Shown: positions 8,108 to 17,936, counted from the stretch's first letter. The stretch: DNA of 64,000 nucleotides from an uncultured Gemmatimonadales bacterium (GCA_963708135.1 OY970192.1:4224001-4288000), one strand, 5' to 3'. A program made the numbers and translations. Notes: a model not told the origin generated them from the sequence alone.

Positions 8108-10012
8108 ATGCGAATCCAGGACACGCGTCCCGGCCGCGCGGCGGCCGCGCTCACGCTCGCCGTCGCGCTGCTCGCCGGCGCCGCGCCGCGGGCGGGCGCG
8201 CAGCAGGCGGAGGACATCGCCGCGCGCTTCGATCGGCAGGAGGTGATGATCCCCTCGCGCGACGGCGTCAAGCTGCACACGCTGATCTTCGTGCCGAAGG
8301 CGCAGCACGGGCCGCTGCCCTTCATCCTCACGCGCACGCCCTACGGCATCGGCAACGGCGCCGCGGAGCGGGCCATCGCCAACTCGTACCGCGAGATGGC
8401 GCAGGACGGCGATGGCTACATCTTCGCCTTCCAGGACATCCGCGGCCGCTACGGCTCCGAGGGCCAGTTCGTCATGCAGCGGCCGGCGCGCAGGCCGGGG
8501 GACACGAAATCGATCGACGAGGGGACGGACACCTACGACACGATCGACTGGCTGCTCGAGCACGTGCCGAACAACAACGGCCGGGTCGGCATGCTGGGCG
8601 TCTCCTACCCCGGCTGGCTCACGGCCATGGCCACGCTCGAGCCGCACCCGGCGCTCAAGGCGGTCTCCGAGCAGGCCTCGCCCGCGGACATGTGGCTGGG
8701 CGACGACTTCCACCACAACGGCGCGTTCCGGCTGAGCTACGGCTTCGAGTACGCCGCCATGATGGAGACGTCGAAGGAGAACGAGCAGTTCCACTTCGAC
8801 CGCTACGACACCTACCAGTGGTACCTGGACCTCGGCTCGCTGGCCAACGCCAACAGCAAGGTGCTGCACGGGAAGATCCCGACCTGGAACGACTACGTGG
8901 CGCACCCGAACTGGGATGAGTTCTGGCAGCGCCAGACGCTGGTGCCGTACCTGACGTCCGTGAAGGTGCCGGAGCTGAACGTGGCGGGCTGGTGGGACCA
9001 GGAGGACTTCTACGGGCCCGTCCGCATCTACGAGGCGCTCGAGAAGCACGACACCAGGCACATGAACTACCTGGTGGTCGGCCCCTGGAACCACGGCGGC
9101 TGGGCCCACGGCGAGGGCCAGAAGCTGGGCGACATCGACTTCGGCAGCGCCACCTCGAGGTATTTCCGCGAGAAGGTCGAGGCGCCCTGGTTCGCCTACT
9201 GGCTGAAGGACCAGGGCACGCTCGACCAGCCGGAGGCGCTCACCTTCCAGTCGGGCACCAACAGCTGGGAGCGCTGGGACAGCTGGCCGCCCCGGGCGCG
9301 CACGCAGGACCGCCCGCTCTACTTCGGTCCGCACCGCGAGCTCGGCTGGGCGAAGCCCGCCGCGGCCGGCGCCGCGCCGTACGACAGCTACGTCTCGGAT
9401 CCGGCGCACCCCGTGCCCTACCGGCACCGCCCGATCCAGGCGACGTACTTCCCGGGTGGATCGGGATGGTACACCTGGCTGACCGAGGACCAGCGCTTCG
9501 TCGATGAGCGGCCGGATGTCCTGAGCTGGGAGACGGCGCCGCTGGACAGCGATGTGACCGTCGCGGGCGATATCGTCGCCGACCTCTTCGCGGCCACCAC
9601 GGGCAGCGACGCCGACTTCGTCGTGAAGCTGATCGACGTCTATCCGGAGGACTTCCCGCAGGACTGGAAGTGGGCCGGCCGCGAGCTCATGGTCTCGAAC
9701 GAGGTCTTCCGGGGCCGCTACCGCAACAGCTTCGAGCACCCGGAGGCGATCACGCCCGGCAAGGTGACGCACTTCAGCTGGAGCCTGCACACGCAGGATC
9801 ACACGTTCCTCAAGGGCCACCGCATCATGATCCAGGTGCAGAGCACCTGGTTCCCGATCATCGACCGGAACCCGCAGACCTTCGTGCCCAACATCTTCGA
9901 GGCGAAGGACTCGGACTTCAGGAAGGCGACGATCCGCATCTATCGCTCGCCGCAGTTCCCGTCCCACGTAACCGTGCCGGTGGTGGTGAAGCCGTCAACC
10001 GCCACGCAGTGA
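8108..10012 (+). CDS. CocE/NonD-family hydrolase (alpha-amino acid ester hydrolase / glutaryl-7-ACA acylase-like, S15)
   Basis: AGGAGG RBS, signal peptide, RDGVKL, RTPY, QDIRGRYGSEG, nucleophile GVSYPG, GWWDQED, GPWNHG, C-terminal jelly-roll HTFLKGHRIMIQVQS. Confidence 0.92.
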   Translation: MRIQDTRPGRAAAALTLAVALLAGAAPRAGAQQAEDIAARFDRQEVMIPSRDGVKLHTLIFVPKAQHGPLPFILTRTPYGIGNGAAERAIANSYREMAQDGDGYIFAFQDIRGRYGSEGQFVMQRPARRPGDTKSIDEGTDTYDTIDWLLEHVPNNNGRVGMLGVSYPGWLTAMATLEPHPALKAVSEQASPADMWLGDDFHHNGAFRLSYGFEYAAMMETSKENEQFHFDRYDTYQWYLDLGSLANANSKVLHGKIPTWNDYVAHPNWDEFWQRQTLVPYLTSVKVPELNVAGWWDQEDFYGPVRIYEALEKHDTRHMNYLVVGPWNHGGWAHGEGQKLGDIDFGSATSRYFREKVEAPWFAYWLKDQGTLDQPEALTFQSGTNSWERWDSWPPRARTQDRPLYFGPHRELGWAKPAAAGAAPYDSYVSDPAHPVPYRHRPIQATYFPGGSGWYTWLTEDQRFVDERPDVLSWETAPLDSDVTVAGDIVADLFAATTGSDADFVVKLIDVYPEDFPQDWKWAGRELMVSNEVFRGRYRNSFEHPEAITPGKVTHFSWSLHTQDHTFLKGHRIMIQVQSTWFPIIDRNPQTFVPNIFEAKDSDFRKATIRIYRSPQFPSHVTVPVVVKPSTATQ

Positions 10013-10038
10013 ACGACCCAGCAACCGGGGACCCCACC

Positions 10039-11574
10039 ATGATCCAGAGCCGGATCCACGCGCGTCGCGCACTGCCTCTCCTGCTCCTCGCCCTGGCTGC
10101 CGCCGCGCCGGCGGCGGCGCAGAAGGCGCCCTTCAAGGGGCTGGATGCGTACGTCGAGAAGTCGATGAAGGACTGGGAGGTGCCGGGCCTCGCGCTCGCC
10201 ATCGTGAAGGACGGGCAGGTCGTCTACGAGAAGGGCTACGGCGTGCGCGAGCTGGGCAAGCCGGACGCGGTGGATCCGCAGACGCTCTTCGCCATCGGCA
10301 GCTCGAGCAAGGCGTTCACGGCCACGCTCATGGCCATGCTCGTGGACTCCGGGAAGGTCAAGTGGACGGACCCGGTCACGGACTACCTGCCGTGGTTCAG
10401 GACCTACGACCCGTACGTGACGCGGGAGATGACGATTCGCGACCTGCTCACGCACCGGAGCGGCCTGTCGCGCGGGGACGAGCTCTGGTACGGCACCACG
10501 TTGCCGCGTGACTCGATCATCTGGCGCATCCGCTGGCAGAAGCCGAGCTGGGGCTTCCGCTCCCGCTTCGGCTACAACAACATCATGTTCCTCACGGCGG
10601 GCCAGGTCGAGGCCGCGGTGACGGGCCGGACCTGGGACGAGCTGGTCCGCGAGCGCATCTTCCAGCCGCTCGGCATGGCGCGCACGGTGACGAGCACGGA
10701 GGCGCTGCCGCGCATGAGCGACGTGGCCACGCCGCACGAGAAGATCGACGGCACGGTCAAGCCGATCCGCTGGCGCAACATCGACAACATCGCGCCCGCC
10801 GGCTCGATCGTCTCGGATGTCGAGGACATGTCGAAGTGGCTGCGCCTGCAGCTGGCGGACGGGGCGTGGCAGGGGAAGCAGCTGGTGAGCGCGAAGCAGC
10901 TGGAGCAGACGCACGCGCCGCAGATGCTGATCGACATCTCGGCCGAGGCCAGGAAGCTGCACCCCACCACCCACTTCTCCACGTACGGCAACGGCTGGTT
11001 CCTCGTGGACTACCGCGGCCGCGAGGTCATCCACCACGGCGGCAACATCGACGGCTTCAGCGCCGAGGTCGACCTCGTGCCGGAGGAGAAGCTCGGGATC
11101 GTGATCCTCACGAACCTGAACGGCACGGCCCTGCGCGACGCGCTGCCGTACCGGATCTACGACATGGTCTTCGGCGGCCCGCAGAAGGACTGGAGCACCG
11201 CCTACCTCGCGCTGCGCGACAAGGCGCTCCAGCGGGCGGATTCCGTCCGGGAGGCAATGGAGAAGAAGCGGGTGGCGGGAACCAAGCCGACGCTCGCGCT
11301 GCCGGCCTACGTCGGCACCTACCGGGACACGATGTACGGGGACGTCGCCGTCACGCTCGAGGACGGGCACCTGGTCCTGCGCCGGGGGCCGGGCTTCACC
11401 TACGACCTCGAGCACTGGCAGTACGACACGTTCCGCGCGATCTCGCGCTACGAAGCCGACGCCAAGTCGTTCGTCACGTTCGATCTCGACGCCACCGGCA
11501 CGCCGGCCGTGCTGCGGATCCGCAACCTCGCCGACTTCGAGCGCGTGCCGGACACGAAGGAAGGGAGCCGGTGA
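10039..11574 (+). CDS. Exported serine hydrolase with DUF3471-like domain, paralog 3
   Basis: Signal peptide, GSSSK, YNN, HGG, LEHWQYDTF. Confidence 0.9.
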   Translation: MIQSRIHARRALPLLLLALAAAAPAAAQKAPFKGLDAYVEKSMKDWEVPGLALAIVKDGQVVYEKGYGVRELGKPDAVDPQTLFAIGSSSKAFTATLMAMLVDSGKVKWTDPVTDYLPWFRTYDPYVTREMTIRDLLTHRSGLSRGDELWYGTTLPRDSIIWRIRWQKPSWGFRSRFGYNNIMFLTAGQVEAAVTGRTWDELVRERIFQPLGMARTVTSTEALPRMSDVATPHEKIDGTVKPIRWRNIDNIAPAGSIVSDVEDMSKWLRLQLADGAWQGKQLVSAKQLEQTHAPQMLIDISAEARKLHPTTHFSTYGNGWFLVDYRGREVIHHGGNIDGFSAEVDLVPEEKLGIVILTNLNGTALRDALPYRIYDMVFGGPQKDWSTAYLALRDKALQRADSVREAMEKKRVAGTKPTLALPAYVGTYRDTMYGDVAVTLEDGHLVLRRGPGFTYDLEHWQYDTFRAISRYEADAKSFVTFDLDATGTPAVLRIRNLADFERVPDTKEGSR

Positions 11575-14111
11575 TGCGGCGCGCGGCGCGGCCGCCGCTC
11601 CTCCCCGCCCTGCTCGCGGGCGCCGGGGCCCTCTCCATCGCGCTGGGCGGGTGCACGGCGCGCAAGTCGGCACCCGAGGCGGGGGGGGCGGCGGGCAACA
11701 TCGCGGCCACGTCGCAATACGCGCCCGTGGCCGCGGCGCTCGAGCCGTTCATCCGCCACGAGCGGGCGCAGAAGGGGATCCCGGCCATCTCCGTCGCCCT
11801 GGTGGACGGGCAACACATCGTCTGGGCGCAGGGCTTCGGGATGGCGGATTCCGCGGCCGGCGTTCCGGCCACGGCGGAGACGGTCTACCGCGTCGGCTCG
11901 GTCTCGAAGCTGTTCACGGACATCGGCATCATGCAGCTGGTGGAGAAGGGGAAGCTGGACCTGGATGCGCCGGTCGAGCGCTACGTCCCGGAGTTCCACC
12001 CGCGCAACCCGTTTGGCACGCCGATCACGATCCGGGAGCTGACCTCCCACCTGGCCGGCCTGACCCGGGAGCCGCCGGTCGGCAACTACTTCGATGACAC
12101 GGAGCCCTCGCTGCGTGCGACGGTCGAGAGCCTCGACAGCACCACCCTCGTGTACGCGCCGCGCACCCACACCAAGTACTCGAACGCGGGCATCGCGGTG
12201 CTCGGCTACGTGCTCGAGAAGACGCAGGGCGAGTCCTTCTATCCGTACCTGAAGAAGGCCGTGCTCGACCCGATGGGGCTGGCCCACAGCGCATTCCAGC
12301 CGCTGCCGGCGCTCCAGGCCCGGCTGGCGAAGGCGTACATGTGGAGCTGGGACGGCAAGCGCTTCGAGGCACCCACCTTCCAGCTCGGGATCGGCCCGGC
12401 CGGCAGCCTGTACACGACCGTCGAGGACATGGGCCGCTTCATGTCCGTGCTGTTCGACGGCGGGCGCAGCGCCGATGGCCGGCAGATCGTCACCACGGCC
12501 ACCCTCGACTCGATGTGGACGCCGCAGTTCACGCCGGCGGGGCAGACGTCGGGCTACGGGATCGGTTTCCACATCGGCACGCTGGACGGGCACCGCGCCG
12601 TGGGCCACGATGGCGCGATCTACGGCTTCGCGACGGCGCTCGAGGCGCTGCCGGACGACCGGCTCGGCGTCGTGGTCGTGGCCACGCTGGACGGCGCGAA
12701 CACGACCGCAGACCGGATCGCGGCCGCCGCGCTCCGCATGATGCTGGCGCAGAAGGCGGGAACCCCGCTGCCGGTGCCGGACACCACGCGCGCGCTGCCG
12801 CCCGGCAGGGCGCTGGCGCTTCAGGGGCGCTACGCGGCCGGCGGGACGGAGGCCGCGGCGCGCGCGGCGATCAATGCGGCGCCGACTCACGACCTGTCGA
12901 GCGGCAGCTCGTCCCACTTCGGCGCCCCCGAGGTCAGGGCCGTCGATCTGACCGAATACGAGGGCCGTCTCTACCTGATGCCGCTGCGCGGCGGCAGCCG
13001 CGCCGAGATCCGGCAGGCCGCGGACGGCGGCCTCATCGTGGATGACGCGCTGGACTACGGTCAGCGCATCGGGACGCCGACGGAGGGGAGGATCGTGATC
13101 GGTGCGGACACGCTCTCGCGCGTACCGACGCGGCGTCCCGTCGCACTGGTCACCGATCCCCAGCCCGCGCAGCCCGACGCCGCGTTCACGGGCCTCATCG
13201 GCGAGTACGGCTGGGACCACGACGTGCTCTACATCCTGGAGAAGGACGGGCGGCTGAACGCGCTGATCGAGTGGTTCACGGAGTACCCGCTGACGCGCGT
13301 GTCGAAGGACGTCTATGCCTTCCCCCACTGGGGGCTCTACGACGGGCAGAAGATCGTCTTCCACCGCGACGCGCACGGGCAGGCGTACGAGGCCGTGGCC
13401 GCGAACGTCCGCTTCCGCCGCCGCCCGCTGCCCGGGGACGACAACGCGGTCTCGTTCCGCATTACCCCCGTGAAGCCCGTGGCCGAGCTGCGCAAGGAGG
13501 CGCTCGCCGCCCACCCGCCCGCGGAGAAGGGTGAGTTCCGCAAGCCCGACCTGGTCGAGCTGAGGAGTCTCGACCCGACCATCCGCTACGAGATCCGTTA
13601 CGCGGGCACCAACAACTTCATGGGCGCGCCGTTCTACACCTCCTCGCACGCCTTCATGCAGCGGCCGGCGGCGGAGGCGGTGGCGCGCGTCAGCGCGAAG
13701 CTGCGCGCGCTCGGCTACGGGCTCCTCGTCCACGACGCCTACCGCCCGTGGTACGTCACGAAGATGTTCTGGGACGGCACCCCGGTGGACAAGCACGACT
13801 TCGTGGCGGACCCCTCCCAGGGCTCCCGCCACAACCGCGGCTGCGCGGTGGACATCACGCTCTACGACCTCGGGACAGGCCGGTCGCTGCGCATGCCCGG
13901 CGGCTACGACGAGATGTCGGAGCGCTCCTTTCCGCTCTACCCGGGCGGGACCTCGCTCCAGCGCTGGCAGCGCGACGTGCTCCGCCACGCCATGGAGTCC
14001 GAGGGCTTCAACGTCTACGAGTTCGAGTGGTGGCACTTCGACTACAAGGACTGGCGCCACTACCCGATCCTGAACGTCCGCTTCGAGGACCTGGCGCGGA
14101 CGAGCGCGTGA
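11574..14111 (+). CDS. Lipoprotein fusing a serine hydrolase (beta-lactamase-like) to a C-terminal D-alanyl-D-alanine dipeptidase (VanX/DdpX, M15D)
   Basis: Lipobox LGGC. N-terminal domain GSVSK, YSN, HDG. C-terminal domain DAYRP, SRHNRGCAVD, EWWHF. Confidence 0.9.
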   Translation: MRRAARPPLLPALLAGAGALSIALGGCTARKSAPEAGGAAGNIAATSQYAPVAAALEPFIRHERAQKGIPAISVALVDGQHIVWAQGFGMADSAAGVPATAETVYRVGSVSKLFTDIGIMQLVEKGKLDLDAPVERYVPEFHPRNPFGTPITIRELTSHLAGLTREPPVGNYFDDTEPSLRATVESLDSTTLVYAPRTHTKYSNAGIAVLGYVLEKTQGESFYPYLKKAVLDPMGLAHSAFQPLPALQARLAKAYMWSWDGKRFEAPTFQLGIGPAGSLYTTVEDMGRFMSVLFDGGRSADGRQIVTTATLDSMWTPQFTPAGQTSGYGIGFHIGTLDGHRAVGHDGAIYGFATALEALPDDRLGVVVVATLDGANTTADRIAAAALRMMLAQKAGTPLPVPDTTRALPPGRALALQGRYAAGGTEAAARAAINAAPTHDLSSGSSSHFGAPEVRAVDLTEYEGRLYLMPLRGGSRAEIRQAADGGLIVDDALDYGQRIGTPTEGRIVIGADTLSRVPTRRPVALVTDPQPAQPDAAFTGLIGEYGWDHDVLYILEKDGRLNALIEWFTEYPLTRVSKDVYAFPHWGLYDGQKIVFHRDAHGQAYEAVAANVRFRRRPLPGDDNAVSFRITPVKPVAELRKEALAAHPPAEKGEFRKPDLVELRSLDPTIRYEIRYAGTNNFMGAPFYTSSHAFMQRPAAEAVARVSAKLRALGYGLLVHDAYRPWYVTKMFWDGTPVDKHDFVADPSQGSRHNRGCAVDITLYDLGTGRSLRMPGGYDEMSERSFPLYPGGTSLQRWQRDVLRHAMESEGFNVYEFEWWHFDYKDWRHYPILNVRFEDLARTSA

Positions 14112-15115
14112 GCGAGACCGTCCGCGTGGCCGTGGTACAGGCGGCGCCGCGCCCGTTCGACCGCGAGGCGGCCGTCCTCCGGGTGCGCGAGCTCGCCCTC
14201 GAGGCGGCCCGCCGCGGCGCGCGGCTCGCCCTCTTCCCCGAGGCCTACATCCCCGCCTACCCGTGGGGCCTCATCTTCGGCACCCGCGTCGGCGGCCGCA
14301 GCGAGGAGGGGCGCCGGCTGTGGCAACGCTACTGGGAGAACGCGGTCGCGGTGGACGAGGAGGGCGACGTCGCCGGCTCCGCCCGCCACGCCCTCTCCGA
14401 CGCCGCCCGCGAGGCGGGGCTCCACCTGGCCGTAGGCGTGGTGGAGCGGGACGCCCGCCACTCCCGCGGCACGCTCTACTGCACGCTGCTTCACTTCGGC
14501 CCCGACGGCCGGCTGCTCGGGAGGCATCGGAAGCTCAAGCCGACCGCCGCCGAGCGCATCATCTGGGGCGAGGGTGATGGCAGCACGCTCCCGGTCGTGG
14601 CGACGCCGCTCGGCCGCGTGGGCGGGCTGATCTGCTGGGAGAACTACATGCCGCTGGCCCGCATGGCCCTCTACGACCGCGGCGTCGAGATCTACCTGGC
14701 GCCCACGGCCGATGCCCGCGACGCGTGGCAGGCCACCATGCGCCACATTGCCGTCGAGGGGCGCTGCTTCGTCCTCGGCTGCAACCAGTACGTGACGCGC
14801 GACCTCTACCCGGCCGACCTGCCCGGGCTCGCCGAGGTCGAGGGCCTCGACCGCGCCGACGGCACGCCCGGCCGGCCGAAGGTGCTCTGCCGGGGCGGCA
14901 GCGTGATCGTCGGCCCGCTGGGGGACGTGCTGGCCGGCCCGCTCTGGGACGAGGAGGGGATCCTCACGGCCGACCTCGACATGGGCGCGCTGCCGCGCGC
15001 GAAGTTCGACTTCGATGTCGTCGGGCACTACGCGCGCCCCGACGTGTTCCGGCTGATCGTGAACGAGGCGCCCGCCGAGCCGGTCGAGCGGCAGGGCGCC
15101 GGGGAGGAAACATGA
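14108..15115 (+). CDS. Nitrilase (carbon-nitrogen hydrolase, branch 1-like)
   Basis: Catalytic triad motifs FPEAY, HRKLKPT and LICWENYMPLAR, C-terminal FDVVGHYARPDVF. No signal peptide. Confidence 0.92.
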   Translation: MSETVRVAVVQAAPRPFDREAAVLRVRELALEAARRGARLALFPEAYIPAYPWGLIFGTRVGGRSEEGRRLWQRYWENAVAVDEEGDVAGSARHALSDAAREAGLHLAVGVVERDARHSRGTLYCTLLHFGPDGRLLGRHRKLKPTAAERIIWGEGDGSTLPVVATPLGRVGGLICWENYMPLARMALYDRGVEIYLAPTADARDAWQATMRHIAVEGRCFVLGCNQYVTRDLYPADLPGLAEVEGLDRADGTPGRPKVLCRGGSVIVGPLGDVLAGPLWDEEGILTADLDMGALPRAKFDFDVVGHYARPDVFRLIVNEAPAEPVERQGAGEET

Positions 15116-16086
15116 GACGATCACGTCTGGCCACGGCGGCGCTTCTCGCCGGCGTGGGGTCGGCGGCGGCGGGCGTGAGCGCGGCGGCGCAGTCGCCGCT
15201 CGAGGACTCCGTGCGGGCGGTGCTGGCGGGCATCCCGGCGTCGAGCTCCGTCTACGCGCAGCACCTGCCGGACGGGCGCACGCTCGCGATCCGCGCGGAC
15301 GTGCCGATGAACACGGCCAGCGTGATCAAGATCCCGGTCATGGTGCGGGCGTTCCGGGATGCCGAGGCGGGCAGGCTCGACCTCGACGCCCGCTACACCA
15401 TCCGGCCGGAGGACCAGCGCCGCGGATCGGGGCTGCTACAGACGTTTCAGCCGGGGCTCGCGCCGACGTACCGCGACCTGATCACGCAGATGATCATCAC
15501 GAGCGACAACACCGCCACCGACATCATGATCCACACCGTCGGCCTCGCCCGTGTGAACGCGCTCCTCGATTCCCTCGGCTACCGGCAGACGCGGCTGCGC
15601 GAGACCGTCGGCGACGCGTTCCGCGCCGTCTGGGAGCTCGCGAGCCCCGCCAACCAGAAGATGACGGACCGCGAGGTCTTCGAGCGCGGCTTCCCCGCGG
15701 ACAGCGTAGTCGCCCGCAAGATGCCGGCGTTCGTGGCCGACTCCTCCGAGTGGCTGGGCCGAACGACGGCGCGGGAGATCGCGCGCCTGCTCGGGCAGAT
15801 CTACGGCGGCAACCTGGCCAACGCCGAGCACACGAAGGAGATGGTGGGTATCCTGCGCCGGCAGTTCTACACCTCGCGCCTGCCGCGCTACATCCAGGAG
15901 AAGGCGTCCGTCGCCCACAAGACCGGGGACTGGCCGCCCTTCCTGGCCAACGATGTGGGCATCCTGTTCTACAACGGCGGCCCGACCATCGCCGCGGTGT
16001 TCACGAACGGCAACACCGGTCCCTACATCGACGTCGAGCGCGCCATCGGCCGCGTGGCCGAGCTGCTCGTCAACGGCTGGCGCTGA
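15112..16086 (+). CDS. Class A beta-lactamase-like serine hydrolase (Beta-lactamase2 family), exported
   Basis: Signal peptide, TASVIK, SDN, HKTG, NDVG. Confidence 0.88.
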   Translation: MRRSRLATAALLAGVGSAAAGVSAAAQSPLEDSVRAVLAGIPASSSVYAQHLPDGRTLAIRADVPMNTASVIKIPVMVRAFRDAEAGRLDLDARYTIRPEDQRRGSGLLQTFQPGLAPTYRDLITQMIITSDNTATDIMIHTVGLARVNALLDSLGYRQTRLRETVGDAFRAVWELASPANQKMTDREVFERGFPADSVVARKMPAFVADSSEWLGRTTAREIARLLGQIYGGNLANAEHTKEMVGILRRQFYTSRLPRYIQEKASVAHKTGDWPPFLANDVGILFYNGGPTIAAVFTNGNTGPYIDVERAIGRVAELLVNGWR

Positions 16087-16103
16087 AAGGCCGCCGGCCC
16101 GGT

Positions 16104-16232
16104 GCGGCCGGCGCATCCGGCGGCAGCCAGCGCACCCGCCCCGCCGCCGCGCGCGGCCGGCGCACCCGGCGCACCCGGCGCACCCGGCGCACCCGGCGCA
16201 TGTCCGCGCGGCCGGCGCATTCGGCGCCAGCC
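16104..16232. repeat. Tandem 9-bp GCACCCGGC repeats (4+ copies) between imperfect ~24-bp direct repeats
   Basis: GCACCCGGC at 16162, 16171, 16180 and 16189. CGGCCGGCGCATYCGGCGSCAGCC near 16105 and 16209. Confidence 0.8.
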
Positions 16233-16267
16233 CCCTTTGCGAGCGGCGGCCGTTGCGTACGCGGGCC

Positions 16268-16437
16268 GTGAACTCCCCACCCGAGCCCCGGCGCGGAGAC
16301 CGTTGGGGAGTTGACCGCGCTATTCGTTGTCAACTCCCCACGGGTCGGAGGTCCACGGGAACGATCGGGGACTTTACCACGCTATTCGCAGTCAAATCCC
16401 CAACGGTCCATTCCACCACCGATCCGTGAGGACTTTC
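16268..16437. repeat. REP/BIME- or MITE-like palindromic repeat cluster with ~62-bp period
   Basis: TGGGGAGTTGAC-13 nt-GTCAACTCCCCA (16304-16340) and a degenerate copy at 16366-16402 sharing the loop CGCTATTCG. 17/18 terminal inverted repeat at 16298-16315 and 16391-16408. Half copies at 16268 and 16426. Confidence 0.75.
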
Positions 16438-16723
16438 CTACCCTCGCGACCCTCGCGGGCCGATACGTCGGCACGGACAACGCTCGACGGATGGTCGAGC
16501 CGGACAGCGCCCGGCGGAATCGACGCCCGAGCCGGGACCGTCTCTTTTCCGGCCCGCCGGGCCCGCTCACGATCGCCTGGCCGGCCGCGGGCGCCGCCAC
16601 GTCGGGCTGGCCCCCGGGCGGCCGTCCTCCGGGCCCGCGCATGATCGCCACGCCTCCCACGCACCGCCGTCGCGAGATGGGCCCGCCGGCGCGCGCGCCG
16701 GTCCGGGCCCCGGGCGCTGAACG

Positions 16724-17824
16724 TCAACGGGGCGTCCCCGCGCCCGTCCCCGACTCCCCCGGATTGAACGTGAAGTAGTCGTAGACCGCGCGCGCGATCT
16801 GCGCGATCCCCTTCACCCGCTCCTCTTCCCGCAGCTTCGAGTCCTTGATGAAGAGCGCGACGGCGACGTGTCCGGCGCCGTCCGGCAGCGTGATGATGCC
16901 CACGTCATTGGCCGTGCCGCCGATGGTGCCGGTCTTGTGCGCCACCACGGTGCCGGGCGGGAGCATCCCCTTGATGCGGTCGGGCCCCGTCTGGCAGCGG
17001 CTCATGATGTCGAGCAGCAGGCTCGTGCTCGCGGGGGAGAGCGCCTTGCCGCGCCAGATCCGCGTCAGCAGCGCGAGCATGGCGTCCGGCGTCAACTGGT
17101 CGCGCGGGTCCGAGCTGAAGGCCGCCTCGGCCGCCTGGCGCCGGTCCGCCGGCACCGCCCTGGCCAGCTCGCGGAAGCGCTCCGGCGAGATCGCGCCGTC
17201 GGCCGGGACGTCGGCTACGCCCAGCCAGTCCCCGATGAGCTGCGAGGTGTAGCGGTCCACCCGCAGGCCATCCACCCCCAGCGCCCGCACGCGTGCCGTC
17301 ACCGCGGCGGGGCCGCCCGACAGCCGGTCGCTGAGGTCGGCGGCGCTGTTGTCGCTGATCAGCATCATCAGCTCGAGGATGTTGCGCACCGAGAGGGCGA
17401 CGCCCGGCTTGTTGAACAGGTCGGTCAGCGTGCCGCTGCCCGGGTGCAGGTCCTCGGGCTGGATCGTGACCATGCTGTCGAGCCGGAGCTCGCCCCGATC
17501 GACCCGCGTCAGCACCGCGGTGGCGATCGCCACCTTGTACGTGCTGGCCATGGGGAAGGGCATGTCCGCGTGCAGCGCCACGCGCCGTCCGGTCTCCAGG
17601 TGGACGGCGACGACGCCCATGGTGCCTCCGGAGACCGGCTCCAGCCGCGCGATCTCCCGCTCGAGGCGCGCGAGGCCCGGGTCGGCGGCACGGACCTCGG
17701 CGCGCGCGGCGGCCGGCCGGGCGCCCGTCGCCTGCGCGACGGCTCCGCTCGAGGAGAGGGAGAGCAGCGCGGCGGCGAGCAGCGGCCCGCCCGCGCGGCG
17801 GATGCGCATCGGGTTCACCTTCAT
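16724..17824 (-). CDS. Class A beta-lactamase-like serine hydrolase, exported
   Basis: Signal peptide, FPMASTYK, SDN, RCQTG, HKTGT, NDVGII. Confidence 0.9.
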   Translation of the reverse strand: MKVNPMRIRRAGGPLLAAALLSLSSSGAVAQATGARPAAARAEVRAADPGLARLEREIARLEPVSGGTMGVVAVHLETGRRVALHADMPFPMASTYKVAIATAVLTRVDRGELRLDSMVTIQPEDLHPGSGTLTDLFNKPGVALSVRNILELMMLISDNSAADLSDRLSGGPAAVTARVRALGVDGLRVDRYTSQLIGDWLGVADVPADGAISPERFRELARAVPADRRQAAEAAFSSDPRDQLTPDAMLALLTRIWRGKALSPASTSLLLDIMSRCQTGPDRIKGMLPPGTVVAHKTGTIGGTANDVGIITLPDGAGHVAVALFIKDSKLREEERVKGIAQIARAVYDYFTFNPGESGTGAGTPR

Positions 17825-17936
17825 GGCGGACCTCCTGGATGGATGGGCGGATGCACGGCGCGCGGGCTCGGCGCCAGGCGGGTTCCTCGCGTGGGGGCGG
17901 CGTGGTGCGGCGGACGGCCGGTCGACCGCCCCCCGT

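Noticed and set aside
16268..16437. 62-bp-period palindromes as a CRISPR array
   Set aside because: Only two degenerate full units with spacers of about 20 nt, no leader and no cas genes. Kept as a REP/MITE-like repeat.
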